From Octopus vulgaris (lineage: Eukaryota): a DNA stretch of 64,000 bases. Where the stretch lies: contig OX597823.1 of assembly GCA_951406725.2 (NCBI GenBank), positions 9,424,001 through 9,488,000 on the forward strand, given 5' to 3'. Shown here in pieces: positions 41,056-52,470 of this stretch. The notes beneath the pieces were generated by a model. It was not told the DNA's origin and did not search any database. It saw only the letters and a program-made list of their open reading frames with translations. The position numbers were made by a program, and so were the translations under genes. The stretch's first letter is position 1, and each line of letters opens with the position of its first letter.

Positions 41056-41207
41056 CCGGAGTAATCACATAAATGTGAAACAAGGTGGAAAAAAGAGCAC
41101 TCAAATTCCAGTGGTAGAGTAATATGCTTTATTTAAAGCAGCAGAAAATTCAACAAAACCTGTTACTCTGAGTTTCCCGTTGCCGTTCATCGGACAGTTT
41201 TTGCTAG
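41056..41207 (-). mobile_element. (TA)n-embedded element with a variant minimal hammerhead (41160-41197)
   Basis: Minus strand CTGT-CCGATGA-A-CG(GCAA)CG-G-GAAA-CTC-A-GAG-TA-ACAG. Confidence 0.55.
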
Positions 41208-41239
<32 letters not shown>

Positions 41240-42732
41240 TATATAATTTGAGAAAACCAACAAAACATACATTGATATTGATTCTATCGAATAATTGTAT
41301 TTTATATATTGCACACGAATTAAAATTTTTATTCTATTGTATCGGATCCATAAATCTGATCACTGAAAAGCGAAATTTAAACTCGTATTGCAAAAGACGT
41401 TTGACAGTAATGTACGTTTGCTCTGTAGTGTTCCTGCTTCTCTCAGCCGCCATTCTTAGCTTAATTATATGTGCTTATTACATTAATTAGAAATATACGA
41501 AAGTAAACGAAATATAAACAAAGACAGGTGAATAATCGCTTATAACGGCGCTAATAAATGACTGGTACCTTAATCTTTGTAAGTCGTGAAAGGATGAAAG
41601 TCAAAGCTGAACCCGTGGTGAGTTGAACTTGTAACGTTAAGAGCAACAAATTATTCGCCATTTTTATAATTATATTTTCCCCTGACAATTGATAGTTCAT
41701 TCATATAAGTTGACAATTACCTACCAAATGTCAGAAAATCAATAAAGAAGAGAATAACGAACGAAACAAGGTAAAAATAAAAAGAAAGAAGATGCGTGCG
41801 CCTAAGGTGATCATTGCTTATCGGTAGGTAATTAACGTTGACAACAGTAAGATATACAGTGTCTAAGTGGGGAAGATAGCGATACAGAAGTGCAGAGAAG
41901 CACAACTAATCCAGCTTATAGTACATCTTCAATGCGCCTGTAGCTACGTATGTGGCGTTGTTTCTTTATCACAAGTGTGTGATACAACTCATGCTGTAAT
42001 GATATGTCCACGGTTCGTGGTTTGAAGAAGTTTCAGCTATCTTCGAGCTATCAGAAAGCAATGAGGATCGTGACTGGAGGCAGTCACATTGTGGTTGCTG
42101 AAATATGATATTTAAATTACTCTAGAAGTCACAAATCTAAAAATTGACGGAAGTAATGTGAGTACTTTGGCGTCTGGGTTGGCAGGATCATTGACTCAAA
42201 ACATTTGGTGTATTCATCACTGAAAATACCAAATTAGGACGACGTTCTGTGTTTAGCGATGCACCGGGGATTTGAGCAAAACCCCGTACTTTCAAAGCAT
42301 GAATCTTTTGGAGAAATTTCCTCTCAGACAAAACGTTGCAGTTAAATCCAGTTCACGTTTATATACACGTTGATATTTTAATCGACAGATGTTTAAATGC
42401 ATGTGCTGATTTACTTCTACCTTGGCTAGCTTTCGCATAAATACATATTTTGTTTACCATTCAATATCGAAGCAAGCATTGTCTATTTGGTTCAGAATGT
42501 ACTGGTAATTCTTGATTGAGGTCATTAAATAATGTCAAAACACAGTGTCTGGCAAGGTATCGGCGAATTGAGCAAAGTCTTGTGATTTTAACGTACAATC
42601 TGTTCAAGAAAGTCTCTGAGACAAAATGTTATTGCTAGTGTTGTTCCACGTTTATAAAATCATTTTAACTGTTCTACACACCTGCAAACGTGATTGATAT
42701 ACTTGGGTGTTTTTCACAACGAATATACTCAT

Positions 42733-43312
42733 AGGCGGAGGTGTGCGTGTTTGTGGTAAGAAGTTTGTTCCCCACCAAATCATTACCGGTTAATTTCCAC
42801 TGCGTAACACTTTCTGCCAGTATGTTCACCTCTATCCTTTGACCATCCAAAGCCTTGTGAGTGAAGTTGGTGGACAGAAACTGAAAGAAGCCCGTTTTAT
42901 ATATTTACTCTTTTACTCTTTTATTTGTTTCAGTATTTTGACTGTGACCATGCTGGATCACCGCCATTAGTCGAACATATTGATCACAGGACTTATTCCT
43001 TGAACGCCTAGTACTTATTCTATTGGTCTATTTTACCGAACCGCTAAGTTACGGGGACGTAAACACACCAGCATTGTCAAGCGATGGTGGGGGACAAGCA
43101 CAGACACACAAACACACACACACACACACATGCATATATGTACATATATACGTCGGGCTTCTTTCGGTTTCCGTCTACCAAATCCACTCACAAGGCTTTG
43201 GTCGGCCCGAGGCTATAGTAGAAAACACTTGCCCAAGGTGCCACGCAGTGGGACTGAACCCGTAACCATGATGTTCGTAAGCAAGATCCTTACCACACAG
43301 CCACACCTACAC
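42733..43312. mobile_element. Two SINE family A copies in opposite orientation (diverged + strand 5' half 42733-42895; full-length - strand 42906-43312)
   Basis: Matches to family A head, body and tail. Confidence 0.85.
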
Positions 43313-43756
43313 CTAAATTAATTAACAGTTTGTTAATATACATATATATTCCCTTATATTCTTTTATTTAATTCACGAAAAAGTCGATTATAAAAGTCAA
43401 TCATAATTATCATATGAAACAGTAAGATAATTATATTCGTATTTAGTTATTGATTCATAGTTTATTTTATATAACATTATATATTTAAGTGTGTATGAGA
43501 CAGAACACATGTATACGCACGGGCTTACGTTACTCACAATTAAGATTAATACGTAGATATATTAAGTGTATTACGTCATCAAAATTTGTGCTATCGATAG
43601 ATTTATATTTGCATCTAAAATAAGATGTATTATATTATCTGATTAATTAATAAATATCACAACTCAATATTATTATGAAATTGATATTTAAGTATTATAT
43701 TATGTAATATATAATGTATATTATTTATATTTAAATTAATTGCGTGTATGTATTTG

Positions 43757-44001
43757 TGTGTGTGTGTGAGTGTTTTGGAGTCTGTGTTTGCCACCCACCC
43801 CCGCTCGACAACCGTTGTTGGTATGTTTACATCCCTGTAAGCTCGAAGTTTGACAAAAGAAATCGACAGAATAAGCACCAAGCTTTTAAAAATAAGCACT
43901 GGGATCAATCCATTCGACTAAAATTCATCGATGTGGTGCCCCAGCATGGCCGCAGTCTAATGACAGAAATAAGTATATGATAAAAGATAAGAGATAAAAG
44001 A
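43757..44001 (+). mobile_element. SINE family A, 3' half (diverged)
   Basis: GTGGTGCCCCAGCATGGCCGCAGTCTAATGACAGAAA tail with GATAA(A)A-type repeats. Confidence 0.75.
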
Positions 44002-44379
44002 TGAGGATCATATATATTTTTTACTGGATCCTACTATTAACGACTGCGTTGTAAGAAGTTTGCTTTCGACTACATCGTTGCAGGTTCAGTCCCACTGTGT
44101 GATAACATTAGCGGTTCGGCAAATAGTCAGACAGAATAGTCAGACATAATAAGGCTTTACAGAAAAAGTGCCTGGCGATGATTTGTTCCAGCATGGCCGC
44201 AGTCTAATAACTGACACTAGTAAACGATAAAATATGTGTGTATGTGTGTATGCAGCAGTGTTTGGAAATTTCCAGAATAACAAAAATATCATTAAACGCC
44301 ATTCACACCAACATATCAAAACTGCGCATCAGGGTGATCACGTGTTTCTGTGTGTGAGTGAGACAGAGAAAGAGATAGA

Positions 44380-44455
<76 letters not shown>

Positions 44456-44635
44456 AGAGATTCACCTGCCATTTCTACCAAGGTCAACGTCGTTGTAGCG
44501 GCTCGATTATTGTGCGTAGCACTCACTAAGTTGTTTTTCTATGCGGTTGAGTTTGTATGCGCGTATATTCATTTCTTATATTAAATACTGTGCAGACGCT
44601 TTCACATACATGTTTGTATATGTGTATACACGGGC

Positions 44636-44716
<81 letters not shown>

Positions 44717-44717
<1 letters not shown>

Positions 44718-44756
44718 GCGCAGGAGTGGCTGTGTGGTAAGTAGATTGCTATCCAA

Positions 44757-44814
<58 letters not shown>

Positions 44815-44984
44815 GCGCAGGAGTGGCTGTGTGGTAAGTAGATTGCTATCCAACCACATGGTTCCGGGTTCAGTCCCACTGCGTGGTATCTAGGGCAAGT
44901 GTCTTCTGCTAAAGCCCCGGGCGGACCAATGCCTTGTGAGTGGATTTGGTAGAGGGAAACTGAAAGAAGCCTGTCGTATATATG

Positions 44985-45017
<33 letters not shown>

Positions 45018-45224
45018 TTGTGTGTCTGTGTTTGTCCCCCTAGCATTACTTGACAACCGATGCTGGTGTGCTTACGTCCCCGTCACCTAGCGGTTCGGCA
45101 AAAGAGACCGATAGAATAAGTACTGGGCTTGCAAAGAATAAGTCCCGGGGTCGATTTGCTCGACTAAAGGCGGTAATCCAGCATGGCCGCAATCAAATGA
45201 CTGAAATAAGTAAAGAGTAAAGAG
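44717..45224 (+). mobile_element. SINE family A full length (44814-45224) preceded by a duplicate of its own head (44717-44758)
   Basis: The duplicated head shares the copy-specific variant GTAGATTGCTATCCAACC. Confidence 0.9.
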
Positions 45225-45248
45225 TATATATATATATATATATATATA

Positions 45249-45459
45249 GTTAATCCAAACATGAAAATACAAAGACAATACACAACAACGCGAGGACGTG
45301 GAACAAGTATACTGTTATTGGACGCTCAGGAAAGGAAGGAAAAAAGGGGGATTTAACGTTTCGAACGGAGCTCTTCGTCAGAAACATAGGGCACGGAAAG
45401 ATCCAAGGAAGGGAAGACGGAGGTTAAAAATCGCCAACGGTACACACGTGGTCACATTT

Positions 45460-45461
<2 letters not shown>
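45249..45461 (-). mobile_element. PLE-like short element in (TA)n carrying a minimal hammerhead
   Basis: (TA)n on both sides; GACGCTCAGGA block shared with the 18183/40213/56411 family. Confidence 0.7.
45351..45385 (-). ncRNA. Minimal type-I hammerhead ribozyme motif with canonical core
   Basis: Minus strand GTTT-CTGACGA-A-GAGC(TCC)GTTC-GAAA-CG-TT-AAAT; palindromic ACGT stem III. Confidence 0.75.
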
Positions 45462-45506
<45 letters not shown>

Positions 45507-45508
<2 letters not shown>

Positions 45509-45663
45509 CGCAGGCTTCGCTGTGTGGGAAGGGAAGAACCTTGCTTACCAACCACATGGTTCCGGATTCAGTGGCACCTTGGGCAAATGTCTTGTAATAT
45601 AGGCTCGGGGCGACCAAAGCCTTGTAAGTAGATTTGGTAGACGGAGACTGAAAGAAGCCCGTC
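45507..45663 (+). mobile_element. SINE family A, 5' half
   Basis: Head and body match. Confidence 0.82.
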
Positions 45664-45703
45664 TTATACATATGTTTGTGTGTCTATATGTATAGTATAT
45701 ATA

Positions 45704-45934
45704 TATTTCTTTACTACCCACAAGGGGCTAAACGCAGAGAGGACAAACAAGGATAGACAAAGGGATTAAGTCGATTACATCGACCCCAGTGCGCAACTGG
45801 TACTTAATTTATCGACCCCGAAAGGATGAAAGGCAAAGTCGACCTCGGCGGAATTTGAACTCAGAACGTAACGGCAGACGAAAAACCGCCACGCATTTCA
45901 CCCGTCGTGCTAACGTATCTGCCAGCTCGCCGCC
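45704..45934 (-). mobile_element. SINE family B monomer (tail 1)
   Basis: Full head-core-tail match. Confidence 0.92.
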
Positions 45935-46723
45935 TTAATGTATAATATATATATACGCACACATATATCCACATGAACGCACGTGTATGTACACATGCGT
46001 GAGTGTTTATGGATATATTGTGTTTTTGAGAGTGAATGTCTGAATAGATTAACGCGCTTCTGTGTCTGTGACTGGTTGAGTCCAAACATTGTATTGTGTT
46101 TATATGAACGTGTGCTTGTCTTTGCGTATGCGTGGCACATTTCTTTATATATCTCTCTCTCTTTCTTTCTCTCTTTCTCTTCCTCTCTCTCTCTCTCTCT
46201 CTCCCTCTATCCCTCTCTCTGCTATCTTGTATGTATATATGATCGTTTTGCATGTATATTGCGTGCACCTGTGTGTGATTGCGTGTGTTCAGGTGTGAAT
46301 GTCTGCTTGTATGTGCGTGCGTGTCTGTGTCTGTATGTGTGTGTGTGCGCGCGCGCTAGTGTGTATGTATGTGTGTGTTTACTCGACAGTCAATAATATT
46401 GTTGTCTGCAGTATAAACCAATAAATTAATCGTTGTCATGGAATTTCAAGAGACATTAAAATTATTCTTTCATTTTTCCGTTTTCCAATTTCTTTACTTT
46501 ACACTCGACACATTTTCTCTCTGGTTCGCTTTCTTCATTTAATTATTTATTAGCTTATCAAATAATATTTATATTCGAATTATTGCAAAAAAAACAATAA
46601 AATAATAATAATTTTTAATTATTACATTTCATTTTCAAGTAATGCTTTATATCTATTTTATTTATGAATAATTTTCTGTTCGTTTCCTGTTTTCCCTTCG
46701 CAATTCCTTTCAAAGTCAATTTA

Positions 46724-47697
46724 GGCGGCGAGCTGGTAGAAGCGTTAGCACGCCGGGTGAAATGCGTAGCCGTATTTCGTTTGCCGTTACGTTCTGAGTT
46801 CAAATTCCGCCGAGGTCGACTTTGCCTTTCATCCTTTCGGGGTCGATAAATTAAGTACCACTTGCGCACTGTGGTCGATGTAATCGACTTAATCCATGTG
46901 TCTGTCCTTGTTTGTCCCCTCTGTGTTTAGCCCCTTGTGGGTGATGAAGAAATAGCTATTTCGCCCGTCGCTACGTTTTGAGTTTAAATTCCGCCAGGGT
47001 CGACTTTGCCTTTCATCCTTTCGGGGTCGATAAATTAAGTACCAGTTACACACATGTAATTGACTTGATCCGTTTGTCTGTCCTTGTTTGTCCCGTCTAT
47101 GTTTAACCCTTTGTGGGCAATAAAAAAATATGAAACTTTAAGCACTCCGGGCGAAATGCTTATCGGTATTTCGCCCGTCGGCGAGCTGGCAGAAACGTTA
47201 GCATGCCGGACAAAATGCTTAGCGGTATTTCGTCTGCCATTACGTTCTGAGTTCAAATTCCGCCGAGGTCGACTTTGCCTTTCATCCTTTCGGGGTCGAT
47301 AAATTAAGTACCAGTTACGTACTGGGGTCGATGTAATCGACTTAATACCTATGTCTGTCCTTGTTGTCCCCTCTGTGTTTAGCCCCTTGTGGGTAATAAA
47401 GAAATAGGTATTTCGTCTGCAGTTACGTTCTGAGTTCAAATTCCGCCGAGGTCGACTTTGCCTTTCATCCTTTGGGGGTCGATTAAATAAGTACCAGTTA
47501 CGCACTGGGGTCGATGTAATCGACTTAATCCTTGTTTGTCCCCTCTGTGTTTAGCCCCTTGTGGGTAGTAAAGAAATAGGTATTTCACCCGTCGCTACGT
47601 TCTGAGTTCAAATTCCGTCTAGGTCGACTTTTCCTTTTATCATTTCGAGGTCGATAAATCATGTACCAGTTGAGTACTGGGGTCGATGTGGCCGACT
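46724..47697 (+). mobile_element. Nested SINE family B array (5 core units)
   Basis: Repeated GTCGACTTTGCCTTTCATCCTTTCGGGGTCGAT core; inner dimer 47180-47578 bounded by a 15-bp TSD GGTATTTC(G/A)CCCGTC. Confidence 0.92.
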
Positions 47698-47833
47698 GGC
47701 GATATTACACACACATACTTTTTATAACATAAGAAGAATTATTGCCTCTACCTCACCTCCTGCATACACTAAGACAAAACTATCTTAGATTCTTACTTTA
47801 TTCGTTGCTTTGTTCTCATCGCTCTCCCTCCCC

Positions 47834-47865
<32 letters not shown>

Positions 47866-48082
47866 GATATATCTGCACAGAGCCCTCCTTACCATAAAAT
47901 TTTTCTTACTACTTCGTTTTTTACCTTTATCTTACTGATTCTTTCTTCGTCAGTCGTTCTTTGTGGTGTCGTAATCATCTTTCCGTAACTGGTTCTGCTA
48001 TCACATATTTTTTTTAATCTATTTCTCCTTAACTATTCTCTTAATTGCTACTTTTTACTTCTCTGTCGATGAAAACCGACGC

Positions 48083-48086
<4 letters not shown>

Positions 48087-48179
<93 letters not shown>

Positions 48180-48344
48180 CACACTATTATAGACATTCAC
48201 ACACTCAGACTCACGCTCATACGTATACACATAATACATACACATATGCATTCTATGTGTGTATGTGTGTGTGTGTGTGTGTGTTGTGTGTGTATGTGTG
48301 TGTATGTGTGTGTGTATATAAATATAGATAGATAGGTAGGTACG

Positions 48345-48399
<55 letters not shown>

Positions 48400-48434
48400 G
48401 TAGGTAGGTAGGTAGGCAGATAGATAAATGGATG

Positions 48435-48473
<39 letters not shown>

Positions 48474-48597
48474 GGATGGATGGACAGATAGATAGATAGA
48501 TAGATAGATAGAGGTAGGTAGGTAGGTAGGTAGGTAGGTAGGTCGGTAGGTAGGTAGGCAGATAGACAAATGGATGGATAGATAGATAGATAGATAT

Positions 48598-48673
<76 letters not shown>

Positions 48674-48693
48674 CAGATAGACAGACAGACAGA
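48087..48693. repeat. Compound (CA)n/(TG)n/(GATA)n/(GGTA)n microsatellites
   Basis: Direct reading. Confidence 0.95.
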
Positions 48694-49081
48694 TTTAGTT
48701 GTACATATAGTTGTATAGGTAGAAAGCAGAAACCAAGGAAACTAATGCTTGTTTGCTTCGGCAGAAGATCAAAACATTGTATTGATTAAGTGTGAAGTTG
48801 TTAAGTTCGGATATCATTAGAAGACTCACCGTCGATAACTTCTTTCTTTGTGCAGAGAGAGAGAACAAATATACCATTGTCTTTAGTTCACGAGATCGTG
48901 GAAGTAGTGAAGGTTTACTTATAGAGAAAAAAAAGTAAAACAAATTAGTTTATTAGTTTCTGTGAATGTGTAGGAGGGAAATAATGGCCAAATAAAACAA
49001 AAAGAAATCAGAAGTACACGAGATGGGAAGTTAAGGTAGAATAAGAAGGAAAAAGCAACAGCGAGATTCTTCCCTTTTTCC

Positions 49082-49458
49082 CTCCGTCGGTTACGACGAC
49101 GAGTGTTCCGGTTGATCCGATCAACGGAACAGCCTGCTCGTGAAATTAACGTGTAAGTGGCTGAGCACTCCACAGACACGTGTACACTTAACGTAGCTCT
49201 CGGGGATATTCAGCGTGACACAGAGAGTGACAAGGCCGGCCCCTTTGAAATACAGGTACAACAGAAATAGGAAGTAAGAGTGAGAGAAAGTTGTGGTGAA
49301 AGAGTACAGCAGGGGTCACCACCATCCCCTGCCGGAGCCTTGTGGAGCTTTTAGGTGTTTTCGCTCAATAAACACTCACAACGCCCGGTCTGGGAATCGA
49401 AACCGCGATCCTATGACCGCGAGTCCGCTGCCCTAACCACTGGGCCATTGCGCCTCCA
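49082..49458 (-). mobile_element. SINE family C (tRNA head, RTE-like tail)
   Basis: Minus-strand head TGGAGGCGCAATGGCCCAGTGGTTAGGG...GGTTTCGATTCCC; probable TSD AACAG(C/T)GAGATT; second copy at 52105. Confidence 0.9.
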
Positions 49459-49929
49459 ACAGTGAGATTACCGTAGAGTTTAACGCCCAAGAGCTTTACG
49501 GCATTATGGAGTGGAAGTGAGTGATGATTAACAAATTGCTCCCACTCAGCAGCAACACGATAGTTTCGTTTCTTTTAGAGATAGGTTTCACCTTAACATA
49601 GAGCTTACTTGTACTATATCTGACACCTCTGACAGCTTATTAGTTATTCCTGTCAATATTGACAAACCCCACCTGTTCTTATATCGACTGAGTATAAAAC
49701 GTTGACTCGCAGTTCTATCTCTATTTCTCCTTTATCTGCTATCACATTCTCTCAATTTCTCGGACTTTACCGATTCTTAGTCAAAGTTTCGGATTCCAGC
49801 TTCAAGTCTGAAAGTTTGCAACATTTTCTCAAAGATATCGCCGACTCCACTTCCCGAGTAATATGTCTCTCCTACACACACTATGAACAACATACAAATC
49901 GGTGCACGATTTTCCTGCACCTATCACCT

Positions 49930-50158
49930 ATTTCTTTATTACCCACAAGGGGCTAAACATAGAGGGGACAAACAAGGACAGACATAGGTATTAAGTCGAT
50001 TACATCGACCCCAGTGCGTAACTGGTACTTAATTTATCGACCCCGAAAGGATGAAAGGTAAAGTCGACCTCGGCGGAATTTGAACTGACAACGTAACTGC
50101 AGACGAAATACCGCAAAGCATTTCGCCCGGCGTGCTAACGATTCTGCCAGCTCGCCGC
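49930..50158 (-). mobile_element. SINE family B monomer (tail 1)
   Basis: Probable TSD TCCTGCA(CC/TT)TATCACCT at 49913-49929 and 50163-50179. Confidence 0.92.
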
Positions 50159-50623
50159 GTTATCCTGCATTTATCACCTGTATAACCTCCCATTCTGAAG
50201 TACGCACCTTCGTAACTTCTTCATTCACTGCGGCACCCATAACCGTCAAGATTCTCCATGTACCACCTATCATCACAAATGAGTTTTACAACTTTCGTAT
50301 TAGAAGTTCCTTAGACTCTCGCCCAAACGCCAGAGTCTCTTCACCTTTTCCACGTATGTCCATAGATCAGTAATACCGCGAAAATTACGCTAAATCGTTA
50401 TCCATTAGATTAAAATATGTCGAGTTCCATCCGTTAACGAAACAGTCTGCCTCTTCGGGGATCTCTTTTACCAACGCCTTCATTGTGTTCACCAATTCAG
50501 TCTGGCCGAAACCGCGGAACTCACAAATTACACAACTTTGTCTTGCCAATAAACATTTCACAATACGGTCCACTATATTTATATACAAGTAAGCGCAGGA
50601 ATGAAAGAACAGGTAATAACATT

Positions 50624-50876
50624 ATTCTGTTGTGTTTGGGGAGAGTCATTTTTTTTTTTGTGCCTTATAATGTAACACACTCACCGGTAAAATTTCCACT
50701 TATTTTTTTATTTCTATTTTCCTAAGATTTTCGTTGCGTCGTGCAACGAAAAGACTATTGAAGAGTCAAGACTATTGAAAAGGTTGCAAGACGCAACGAA
50801 AATTTTAGGTGGAAATTTTACCGGTGAGGGCGTTACATTATAAGGCACAAAAAAAAAATGACTCTCCCAACAGAAT
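50624..50876. repeat. Long imperfect inverted repeat (fold-back element)
   Basis: Left arm 50624-50747 complementary to right arm 50783-50876 apart from small indels; spacer holds AAGACTATTGAA twice. Confidence 0.85.
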
Positions 50877-50976
50877 ATGTTTCAAAACACGAACTCATAT
50901 AAAGAATCTTGTAAACCAAATCCAAAAACGAAATAATAACATTATCTTCTTTCGAATTAAATGGACGCTGCTGCTG

Positions 50977-51130
50977 CTTCTTCTTCTTCTTCTTCTTCTT
51001 CTTCTTCTTCTTCTTCTTCTTCTTCTTCTTCTTCTTCTTCTTCTTCTTCTTCTTCTTCTTCTTCTTCTTCTTCTTCTTCTTCTTCTTCTTCTTCTTCCTC
51101 CACCTCCACCTCCTCCTCTCCTTCTTCTTC
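50977..51130. repeat. (CTT)n microsatellite
   Basis: Direct reading. Confidence 0.95.
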
Positions 51131-51150
51131 GTCACAAGCACATGACTATG

Positions 51151-51196
<46 letters not shown>

Positions 51197-51614
51197 CGCG
51201 TGTGCGTGGATATGCAGCTTAAAATCTTAACGTCCTCCGCGTTTCTTTATGCATATCAACCACATGAACGGGTGGATATCTTTGAAGATGTACAAGATAG
51301 CAGGTGAGATTATTATGCGTGCATTTGTTCAGACAGGCATGAGATTATTGTTATTGACAAGTTTTTTCGCAGTAACAAACCTCCGTATCATTAAAGAATC
51401 CCCTTTACTTTGTACTAAGCACAGATCCTGTCTTTGCTTCCTGCTATTATTTTTCTTTCTTTTGACAGTCTTTCTCTCACTGATATTCTCCATCTTTGCC
51501 TATCCTAAACACATGATTTTGAAAATAAATTCTTTAACCATTTCTCAAAAGAAATCCTTTACTAATTCTACGATATGATAGAATAACGACAAACAACCTC
51601 TTCCTCTCCAGAAA

Positions 51615-51960
51615 CAGACATAATCAGAAAAGTCGGGGTCTCTTTTCCAAATGGTATAGGAACAGCTATAAAATTATACATACATACAAACATACATACA
51701 TACAAACTTACATATATATAACACTATGCCGTCAGACATAATCAGAAAAGTCGGGGTCTCATTTCCAAATGGTATAAGAACATCTATAAAATTATACATA
51801 CATACAAACATACATACATACAAACTTACATATATATAACACTATGCCGTCAGACATAATCACTCATTTCCAAATGGTATAAGAACATCTATAAAATTAT
51901 ACATACATACAAACATACATACATACAAACTTACATATATATATAACACTATGCCGTCAG
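51615..51960. repeat. Tandem triplication, ~118-bp unit
   Basis: CAGACATAATC...TTCCAAATGGTATA...AACACTATGCCGT three times; third copy has a short deletion. Confidence 0.92.
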
Positions 51961-52104
51961 CATAAGATTTGTAAGCATAAAGAACCATTAAAAATTCTGA
52001 GTGTTTATTTTTTCTCTACTCCTGCCTAAATGAGTAACTGTTTTATTTCTCCTGCCTAAATGAGTAACTGTTTTATTTCTCCAATCATAAAAATAGAGTA
52101 GGAA

Positions 52105-52470
52105 GCACTCCGTCGGTTACGACGACGAGGGTTCCGGTTGATCCGAATCAACGGAACAGCCTGCTCGTGAAATTAACGTGTAAGTGGCTGAGCACTCCAC
52201 AGGCACGTGTACCCTTAACGTAGTTCTCGGGGTTATTCAGCGTGACACAGAGAGTGACAAGGCCGGCCCTTTGAAATACAGATACAACAGAAACAGGAAG
52301 TAAGAGTGAGAGAAAGTTGTGGTGAAAGAGTACAGCAGGGATCACCGGAGCCTCGTGGAGCTTTAGGTGTTTTCGCTCAATAAACACTCACAACGCCCAG
52401 TCTGGGAATCGAAACCGCGATCCTATGACCGTGAATCCGCTGCCCTAACCACCGGGCCATTGCGCCTCCA
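52105..52470 (-). mobile_element. SINE family C, copy 2
   Basis: Collinear with 49082-49458; probable TSD CATAAAAATA. Confidence 0.9.

Noticed and set aside
44814-44890. tRNA-like sequences with A and B boxes
   Set aside because: They are SINE heads: they continue into SINE bodies, and I could not form a complete cloverleaf.
46724-47697. CRISPR-like or retrozyme-like tandem array
   Set aside because: Units are ~180-bp SINE cores with no unique spacers, no cas genes and no hammerhead core.
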